Assembly (NCBI GenBank): GCA_021817245.1
Contig: JAKAVQ010000006.1
Coordinates: forward strand, 66,001 to 130,000
Source: Thermoplasmata archaeon
GTDB lineage: Archaea > Thermoplasmatota > Thermoplasmata > Lutacidiplasmatales > UBA184
Direction of reading: 5' to 3'
DNA: 64,000 nucleotides
This document shows, piece by piece, positions 57,469-64,000 of this stretch (positions are counted from its first letter, which is position 1; each line of letters starts with the position of its first letter). The position numbers were made by a program, and so were the translations under genes. Under the pieces are notes generated by a model. That model had not been told where the DNA came from, searched no databases, and saw only the letters and a program-made list of their open reading frames with translations.

Positions 57469-58374
57469 ATGCCGATCCTTCAGCACGGAGAGGGAGAAGC
57501 CGAAGCCCGCATACTGGTGGGGCTCCGCCTCGCTGTCCAGCTCAGCGTGGTGATTCTTGTGATGGAGGCCCTCGGTGCCTTCTTCTCTCGCAGTCTTTCG
57601 CTGACCGTAGACGCCGTTCACGACCTTCCCGACATCTTCGCGTTCCTGCTGTCCTGGGGGGCCTTGAGGTCGACGTCGAAGGGGCCTTCCGAAGGGTTCA
57701 CTTTCGGCTCGCACCGCTTGGAAACCTTCGCGGGCGTTCTCAACGCGGTGGTCGTTCTGATCGTGGGCGCCGCCTTCGGGGCGGAAGCGTTCTCTGCACT
57801 CTGGTCAAGAAGCACCTTCGCCGGCCCCGTGAACGCCGTCTGGCTTCTCGCCGCGGCGGTGCCCACCCTGGTGCTTAGGCTAATCGGTGTCGGCGTTCTG
57901 AACCGGCTCCCGGGAAAGGTCCGGGACCTGAATCTCGCGAGCGTTCTCCTCCACATGGCGAGTGATATCGCTATCACGGGGGCGCTTCTCGTCGTAAGCG
58001 CCGTCCTCTTCATCCAGCCTGCTTGGGGGGTGGCCGATCCCATTGCCGCCCTCGTCATCGCCGGAGTCCTTGTCTACGAGTCGATTCCACTGCTGCGAGA
58101 AGGGTGGAGAATCCTTACCGAACGTGCTCCGAGAGGTATCTCAGTGGAGGCGATTGAGCGAGAGGCCCTCAGCGTCCCGGGTGTTTCGGGACTGCACGAT
58201 CTCCACGTCTGGTCAGTTTGCAGTTCCCTCGTCTGCCTCACCGCGCATGTAGGAGTGAAGGAAATGTCGCTTCGAGACTGCATGTCGGTCGTCGCAGAGC
58301 TGAGGAGCAAAATGGAGCGCGAGTTCGGCATTGTCCACGCCACGTTTGAGATAGAGGGACAGTCGAGCGCGTGA
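57469..58374 (+). CDS. Cation diffusion facilitator (CzcD-like) efflux transporter
   Basis: SLSLTVDAVHDLPD (HxxxD), FTFGSHRLE, HMASD, ADPIAA, HDLHVW, HATFEIE. Confidence 0.93.
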   Translation: MPILQHGEGEAEARILVGLRLAVQLSVVILVMEALGAFFSRSLSLTVDAVHDLPDIFAFLLSWGALRSTSKGPSEGFTFGSHRLETFAGVLNAVVVLIVGAAFGAEAFSALWSRSTFAGPVNAVWLLAAAVPTLVLRLIGVGVLNRLPGKVRDLNLASVLLHMASDIAITGALLVVSAVLFIQPAWGVADPIAALVIAGVLVYESIPLLREGWRILTERAPRGISVEAIEREALSVPGVSGLHDLHVWSVCSSLVCLTAHVGVKEMSLRDCMSVVAELRSKMEREFGIVHATFEIEGQSSA

Positions 58375-58620
58375 GGAGGTCGTTCCTCCGGGGGCCATTT
58401 GGGGGTTGGCTCTTGGTTCGAAACGGATCGAGCCCGATGGGACCGAACCCTCACATCGTTCACCGACTTCGAGATCCTGCGGATGCTGAACCGTACGCTC
58501 CGGAGCGTCGGCGGCATGCCCTGTAGGGCAGTCGAGTGCGGATGAACTGACGGCCGGCGCGGTCCCTAGCCGAGTTCGATGGCGACAGATCTTGTCCGTC
58601 CGGTTTCGTATCAACTGGGG

Positions 58621-59241
58621 TCAACCGAGCTTCCTCAAGATGAACCGCCGCGAGAACGGCTTGGCTTTGCCTGGGATCACCTCCCACGAACGTCGCGAAA
58701 GCAACTCGCGGAATCGCCGCTCCGATGTCCGCAGGGCCCTACCGCGGCTGGTCAAGCCCGGACCAATCGTCACGAAGGTCACCAAGGCGCGGCCTCCCGG
58801 TTTGAGGATTCGCCACATCTCCTCCATCGCTCGCTCCTTGTCGACCAGGCAACAAAGGAGCCCGTTCGAAAGGATGTAATCCACACTGCCGGAGGGGATG
58901 GACGGCACCGAAGCTGCGGAGCAATGGATGAACTCCACCCGGTCCGTCACCTCCAAGGTGGTGGCGACCTGCCGCGCCAACGACAGGGCGTCGTCGTCGA
59001 GATCGACGGCGTAGATCCGTCCCGCTACCCCGATTCTCCGACTTAGCTCTGCGAGGAAAAACCCGCCTCCGGCACCGAGGTCCGCAACCACGTCCCCCGG
59101 CCTGGGCGGGCAGAAGTCAATCAGGCGGCCCGGCTTCTTGAACCACCGTCGAAGCGGGTTGTGGAAGAACCACGTCGGCAGGGTTCGGTCCCGAACACCC
59201 AAAGTCGACACGGTTCCGGGCGACCTTCCGAAGAGAGGCAC
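58621..59241 (-). CDS. Class I SAM-dependent methyltransferase (UbiE/ArsM-like fold)
   Basis: VADLGAGGG, YAVDL, SVDYILSNGLLCC, EMWRILKPGG. Confidence 0.85.
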   Translation of the reverse strand: MPLFGRSPGTVSTLGVRDRTLPTWFFHNPLRRWFKKPGRLIDFCPPRPGDVVADLGAGGGFFLAELSRRIGVAGRIYAVDLDDDALSLARQVATTLEVTDRVEFIHCSAASVPSIPSGSVDYILSNGLLCCLVDKERAMEEMWRILKPGGRALVTFVTIGPGLTSRGRALRTSERRFRELLSRRSWEVIPGKAKPFSRRFILRKLG

Positions 59242-59255
59242 GCGACGTTGGGAGG

Positions 59256-60107
59256 TTACGGCATGTTCATCGGGCCAGGTCCACCGCAGCAGTCCTCGAG
59301 GTTGATGACCGTGACCACCTGTTGCGCATCGTATCCATACTGCACGATCAAGGCCTTGGCCAAGCCCTCATGAGCATAGTAGGCCCAGCACTGGCAGCAG
59401 CACCAGCCGTTGTCGTTCGTGTTGCTAGCCGCCGTGTTGAAGATGGCTTGCTGGCTCGAGGTGAGCCCATCGCCGGCATGCGCCACGTCGGCTTTCGCCG
59501 TGTGCGCGACCACGTTGTAGGGGTCGGGCGGGATGAGGGAGATCGAAGCGTAGCTCGTGAGCCCCGGAATCTGGGACGAATAGTCCGGGGTGTAGTCCAT
59601 CGGACTGCAACACGAGCCTTGGATGTAGGTGGTGTCCGCCAATCCGTTGATCCAGTTGACGTACGCCGTTTCATCGCCGAGACTGACTCCCGTCCACACA
59701 CACGCGTCGGTGGACTGTTGGCTGAGGTAGTTGAATTCAACCTGGGTCCCTGCCGCTCCCGGACCCGGGTTGGTTCCCGGTTTCGGTGGGCCTCCGAAGA
59801 GAACGCCCGACGTGAAGATGAGGTAGAGCACCAGGATCAGCACGGTGACGGCGGAACCGCCGATAATGATTGAGCGCAATCGCTTCCGGCCGCCTCGGCC
59901 GGCTCGGTCTCCCCCGCGATCGGGACCTCCCGGAGCTTGGGGTCCCGAACGGCTGCTCCGGGAGCGACGCTGGAAATAGAGCGCCCGCAGGGCGCGGCCG
60001 GCGTCAGCGCCCGGAGGGGGGTGGAAGCCGGCCTTCCGATCCCTGGCCACCTTGTCCCAACTGACCCCGTCGGCGCGAAGCTGTTCGACACGCTCCCAGT
60101 CGGTCAT
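59256..60107 (-). CDS. Membrane-anchored Cys-rich protein of unknown function
   Basis: Basic N-terminal domain, one TM helix, then GSCCSPMD, IPPDPY, WCCCQCW, DCCGG. Confidence 0.8.
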   Translation of the reverse strand: MTDWERVEQLRADGVSWDKVARDRKAGFHPPPGADAGRALRALYFQRRSRSSRSGPQAPGGPDRGGDRAGRGGRKRLRSIIIGGSAVTVLILVLYLIFTSGVLFGGPPKPGTNPGPGAAGTQVEFNYLSQQSTDACVWTGVSLGDETAYVNWINGLADTTYIQGSCCSPMDYTPDYSSQIPGLTSYASISLIPPDPYNVVAHTAKADVAHAGDGLTSSQQAIFNTAASNTNDNGWCCCQCWAYYAHEGLAKALIVQYGYDAQQVVTVINLEDCCGGPGPMNMP

Positions 60108-60345
60108 GCGTCGCAACTACCCGGACAACGGATATATAGATTGACCGCGCGCGGGCAACCGACGGGAACGGGCTGCTGGGCCACCCGGTGTCGACGGCCG
60201 GATTCTCCCTCCGGACGGTCGGGTTCTTGAACGGCCGCATCAACAAAATGGCAACGCAGGGCCCGACGAGCGTCGCCCCCGCGGTTCGTACCCCCCTGAC
60301 AAGTAGCGGGATGAGTGGTTGCACTCCCGAGGGAGACGTCCTACC

Positions 60346-60963
60346 ATGACCGGCGTCGCGGAGCAAGGTGAGGGATGGATCCTCCGCCATCGTGGAGCGG
60401 TTCGTCGGTCGGCCCGTATGGTCTTCGGATTCGTCTGGGGAATCGATGCCGCGCTCGCGTTCTTCCCGCAGACTCCGTTTTGGTTCTCGGAGAGCGTTCT
60501 CGCCGCGAGCATCGGCCAGCCTTCCTGGCTCTCCGGCTGGTATGCCTTCTGGGTGGTCCAAGCCCAGCAGTACGCAGCACTGGACGTGGGGGTCGTCACC
60601 TTTCTCGAACTCGCGTTGTGCGTTTCGCTCATCGTGGGACTTTTGAGAAAGACCGCCTACCTCGGGGGGATAGGCCTGAGCTTGTTCATTTGGGCGGTTC
60701 CTAATGGGTTCGGAGGCCCGTACGACGTAGGCACTTTTGACGTGGGAGTGGGCGTCATTTACGCGATCGCGTTCCTGTTCCTGATGGTGCTTGACGCCGA
60801 CCCATCCGCCAAGGTAGGGACCGTCGACGGGTGGATCGAGCGCCGTTGGCCGGGTTGGGCCCGCTGGGCGGAGGTCTCTACTTCGGTATTCCGCGCTCAG
60901 GAGAGGGTCTCTCGCAGACCTCATGAGGTCCCAGCAACTCCTCCGGTCCGGCAGGACCCATGA
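60346..60963 (+). CDS. DoxX/DoxD(TQO small subunit)-like membrane protein, paralog 1
   Basis: R..FGFVWGIDA, GQPSWLSGWY, WAVPNGFGGPY, DVGVGVIYA. Confidence 0.7.
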   Translation: MTGVAEQGEGWILRHRGAVRRSARMVFGFVWGIDAALAFFPQTPFWFSESVLAASIGQPSWLSGWYAFWVVQAQQYAALDVGVVTFLELALCVSLIVGLLRKTAYLGGIGLSLFIWAVPNGFGGPYDVGTFDVGVGVIYAIAFLFLMVLDADPSAKVGTVDGWIERRWPGWARWAEVSTSVFRAQERVSRRPHEVPATPPVRQDP

Positions 60964-61682
60964 CAGCCGGCAAGGAGCATGCCGCAATCGACTCGCCGGC
61001 GACCGGCCAGCACCCTCCGGGTCGTCCTCTCGGGCCCGTCGTCGTCGTTCTGGTGGTGGCGATCCTCGTCGGTCTCGCGGGGACTGCCTTCGCCTTTATG
61101 ATCGTCGAAGCGCCGTCACTGGCTTCGGCAGGATGCCCCTCGGTCGCTCAGTACGACCCTACGGTCTCGACGATCAACAATCAGACGTTCACCGAAGATA
61201 ACTCCCTGCCCCCGGGGGTCAGCGAAACTCCGGCGATGAATTCGATTACGCTCACGGCGACCGGGGCGACGTTGCTCATCGAGGGGGCGCCCGGGTGGTA
61301 TCCTCACTCCGGGAACTACTTCCTGAGCTACGGACTCGTGAACCCGCAACTCTCCGTGCCTTCGGGAGAGCCGGTGCGGTTCGAATTCATCAACATGGAC
61401 AACGAGTCCCACGACTTCGCGCTGACCACCCAGCCGCCGCCGTATCCCTACATGCCGATGATGAGCGGGGGAGGGATGATGGGAATGGGTGGCGGGAGCG
61501 GCTGCTGGCTTTCCGTGGGGTCGATGATGGTCAATGGAATAACGGCACCGAGCGCAAACCCGGTCTACCAGACCACCGCTGCCACGCTCAGCTTCGCGGG
61601 CCCGGGGACGTTCTGGTATCTCTGTCTGATGCCGGGCCACGCTCAATCGGGGATGTACGGTCAGCTGACCGTCCGAGGCTGA
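60960..61682 (+). CDS. Membrane-anchored rusticyanin/sulfocyanin-like blue copper protein
   Basis: N-terminal TM, GLVNPQL.VP.G..V...FINMD..HDF, YLCLMPGHAQSGMYG (type-1 Cu ligands H, C, H, M). Confidence 0.9.
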   Translation: MTAGKEHAAIDSPATGQHPPGRPLGPVVVVLVVAILVGLAGTAFAFMIVEAPSLASAGCPSVAQYDPTVSTINNQTFTEDNSLPPGVSETPAMNSITLTATGATLLIEGAPGWYPHSGNYFLSYGLVNPQLSVPSGEPVRFEFINMDNESHDFALTTQPPPYPYMPMMSGGGMMGMGGGSGCWLSVGSMMVNGITAPSANPVYQTTAATLSFAGPGTFWYLCLMPGHAQSGMYGQLTVRG

Positions 61683-62325
61683 CGCCGGATTCCCGCGGTG
61701 GTGCGGCGGGCTGCGTCGGGGCCCGGGCTTGAACCAGCCGTTGCCACGCCGGCCATCGCCGTCCCACGGTCGTGTCGAGCGTGAACCGGGGCGGTCCCGA
61801 AATCGAGTCGAGATGGAGTAAGGCGAGGAAGACGACAGCGTACAGGATTCCGGTGCCCATGTCGGTGCTCCCGGGACCATAGGGTCCTCCGAAACCCTGG
61901 GGTACTGTCCAGAGGAAGATGCTGAGGACCAGACCGAGCAGGTACACGGGCCTGCGCAGCAAGCCTGTGAACAGGCAGAACCCGATTGCGAGTTCCACCA
62001 ACCCGAAACCGTACCACCAGAAGACCGGGTTCCCTGCGACGATGCCCGCCCAAGCGGAGAACCAGCCCATGAGCCATGGCGGTTGACCGTCTTCGACCAT
62101 GACCACCGTCCAGTACGAAAGCTGCGAGTAGGTCCCGGGAAGGAATCGGAGCAGGCCATCCGCCATCCAGACACTTCCGAAGAGGATCCGGAGGGCCGTC
62201 GTCCGAAGCGACGGGGAGAAGATCTCTCGGAACCGCCCGCCCCACGCGGCGGCCACGGAGGCGAAGACCGTCGCGCCGAGGAGTAGCAGGACGGCCACCT
62301 CGAGGGCCAGAGCGATCTCGCTCAT
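61588..62325 (-). CDS. DoxX-like membrane protein, paralog 2
   Basis: LRILFGSVWMADG, GQPPWLMGWF, WTVPQGFGGPYGPGSTDMGTGILYA. Confidence 0.72.
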   Translation of the reverse strand: MSEIALALEVAVLLLLGATVFASVAAAWGGRFREIFSPSLRTTALRILFGSVWMADGLLRFLPGTYSQLSYWTVVMVEDGQPPWLMGWFSAWAGIVAGNPVFWWYGFGLVELAIGFCLFTGLLRRPVYLLGLVLSIFLWTVPQGFGGPYGPGSTDMGTGILYAVVFLALLHLDSISGPPRFTLDTTVGRRWPAWQRLVQARAPTQPAAPPRESGVSLGRSADRTSPIERGPASDRDTRTSPGPRS

Positions 62326-63188
62326 TCGTAGATCAACCCCATGCTGTTGTCGGAGGGCGTGGAAACCACGGCTCGCTGGGAGGCTGGGGCTTTGTGTTCC
62401 GCCCCACGAAGGCGACGACTTCGCGCGGGCACGGAGGGGCGATCATCGGTCCGACGGACGCTGCGAAGCCAGTGCCACCGTCTCGGACGAAGGGAGGTCA
62501 AGGAGGGAGGGGCGGAGGAAGGGCTCCCCACATTGGGCGGAAGACCGGCACCTCCCGGGTCGTGGGAATCGTCCGGAGTCAGCCGACGAAAGGACGCGCC
62601 ACCGATGATTCGCCATGCCGGCCATCGGCGCTCGAGGGCGGGATCGCCCGCCAGTCGAGCCGGGCCCGATACCGAATCCATCCGGAGGAGGATCAGAAAG
62701 AGCACGGCGTACAGCAGGCCCGCGCCGATGTCGGTGTTGGGAGCGGCGTAGGGACCGCCGAATCCGTTCGGGACCGCCCAGAGCATGAGGCTGAAGAGGA
62801 ATCCCACGACGTACGCCAGTCGACGGGCGACCCCGAGGATGAGGCAAGCGGCAAGGAACGCCGTCAGTACCCCGGTGCCATACCACCAGAACCCGGGATC
62901 TGCGGCGATCACGCCGGCCCAATACGAGAACCACCCGGAGAGCGCGGGCTGTTCTTGGCCGGCTCCGACGACGAGCAGGTACGCCAATTGCGTGGGAGCT
63001 CCGGGGAGGAACTGGAGAGTCGCATCCACTGCCAGGATTCCCCCCAGCAAGAGGCGGAGGCAGGCAACGCGACTTCCCGGAGACCGCAGACGAAACGTCT
63101 CCGGAAACGCGAACAGCGCCCCGAGAACGATCGCGACGAGAGCCATGGTCATTGCCGCAAACTCGGCCGGTACGAACAGCTCCGACAT
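62322..63188 (-). CDS. DoxX-like membrane protein, paralog 3
   Basis: LRLLLGGILAVDA, EQPALSGWF, WAVPNGFGGPYAAPNTDIGAGLLYA; ATGA-coupled to paralog 2. Confidence 0.72.
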   Translation of the reverse strand: MSELFVPAEFAAMTMALVAIVLGALFAFPETFRLRSPGSRVACLRLLLGGILAVDATLQFLPGAPTQLAYLLVVGAGQEQPALSGWFSYWAGVIAADPGFWWYGTGVLTAFLAACLILGVARRLAYVVGFLFSLMLWAVPNGFGGPYAAPNTDIGAGLLYAVLFLILLRMDSVSGPARLAGDPALERRWPAWRIIGGASFRRLTPDDSHDPGGAGLPPNVGSPSSAPPSLTSLRPRRWHWLRSVRRTDDRPSVPARSRRLRGAEHKAPASQRAVVSTPSDNSMGLIYE

Positions 63189-63321
63189 TCCGGAAAGCAA
63201 CTGCCGGTAGACGTAGGTCGGCCGGAGACAAGAGGCCTGCTCCCCCGCGGAGAAGGTCTCCCCGTCGCTCCGAGCAACACCTAAAGTTAAGTGTCGGGTG
63301 CCGATGACAAGACCTTCCACC

Positions 63322-63810
63322 ATGCAACCGGTCTCCGTCGACGCGATCCACGTCCCGACCCGCGGATCTCCGGTAGGCGCGACGATCCGTCACCCGGTCC
63401 TCGTGGCCCTGGTTTCGCTGGAACTCGGTTTGTTGGCCGTCCAGTTCGCGCTCGGAATGTTCGTCAATCTGTATGTGACGTTCCCGTCGCCCGTCTTCGG
63501 GATGTACGGCTTGATGCAACTGATGTTCCAGCCGGGAATGGGGACCGTAATGGCTCACATGATGACCGGCATGGTCTTGGGCGCCCTCACCCTGCTCACG
63601 TTCGCGGCCGCCGCCCTCTCCCGAAACACGCTCCTGATCGCCGCGACCGGGGGGACGTTCGCCGCTGTAGTGGCAGCGGGAATCAGCGGCATGGAGTTCT
63701 TGTTCTCCGGGCAGAATAACGCCTACTCGTACGGGATGTCACTGGGGTTCCTCTTGGCGTTTACGATGGCGTTTCTCAGTCTTCTCGTCGCATCGGGCCG
63801 GACGAGATAG
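63322..63810 (+). CDS. Hypothetical 4-TM membrane protein
   Basis: QFALGMFVNLY, AHMMTG, SYGMSLGF; four hydrophobic helices; start uncertain. Confidence 0.7.
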   Translation: MQPVSVDAIHVPTRGSPVGATIRHPVLVALVSLELGLLAVQFALGMFVNLYVTFPSPVFGMYGLMQLMFQPGMGTVMAHMMTGMVLGALTLLTFAAAALSRNTLLIAATGGTFAAVVAAGISGMEFLFSGQNNAYSYGMSLGFLLAFTMAFLSLLVASGRTR

Positions 63811-64000
63811 AGTACGACCCATCCCTCTCGGCGACCAACACGAGGCGGGGAACCTGCCGCCCACGCGCACCACGAAACCATGACTTCTGGGGTGGGTTTC
63901 GGGCCGGAGAACTCTCCGAACCCCCGTGCGGAAACGGCACGCGGAGCCGACTCGAGCAGCGTACGGCAGAGGCGCCCCCTCCTGACGGAGGCGAGTTCTC

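Larger units (their letters stand above)
51493..64000. mobile_element. Integrative element/genomic island at tRNA-Arg, extending beyond the window
   Basis: Integrase directly after the tRNA 3' end, visibly lower GC and weaker codon bias, R-M and metal cargo; no second att copy seen in the window. Confidence 0.85.

Noticed and set aside
51493-64000. Second att copy (tRNA-Arg 3' end) marking the island's right boundary
   Set aside because: Not found by eye in the window; the boundary probably lies beyond position 64000.

Overview
High-GC (roughly 70% by eye) archaeal chromosome segment. GatDE, egsA, Spt5, Sec61-gamma, archaeal-type LeuRS, MptE and Hel308 establish archaeal origin. A Thermoplasmata affiliation is my inference from gene content and style. 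Positions 1-51.5 kb are mostly core genes: scpB (partial), an S53 peptidase, HIT/MEMO/dcd, leuS, queE-egsA-UPF0179-tRNA-Pro, glycosylation genes, rqcH, hel308, a degenerate cdc6-like gene, ftsZ, secE-spt5-rpl11, hsp20 and gatDE. A group 3b [NiFe]-hydrogenase operon lies at 37.0-44.6 kb. From tRNA-Arg(GCG) at 51.4 kb to the window end is an integrated element. It carries a tyrosine integrase, a Dam-type methylase/endonuclease pair, a repeat-rich putative origin, a CsoR-CDF metal efflux pair, and a cluster of three DoxX-like membrane proteins around a rusticyanin-like cupredoxin. The most notable observations are four. (1) The hydrogenase large subunit is fused in frame to its own maturation protease and is followed by an atypical maturation set (Zn-finger-less HypA, His-to-Gln HypC, EamA, DUF6390-like; no hypB/D/E/F in the window). 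(2) Two different tRNAs carry same-length, same-position D-loop introns. (3) The island contains helically phased repeat arrays. (4) The island carries a Cys-rich/DoxX/cupredoxin cargo module. All family calls come from motif recognition by eye; no database searches were run.
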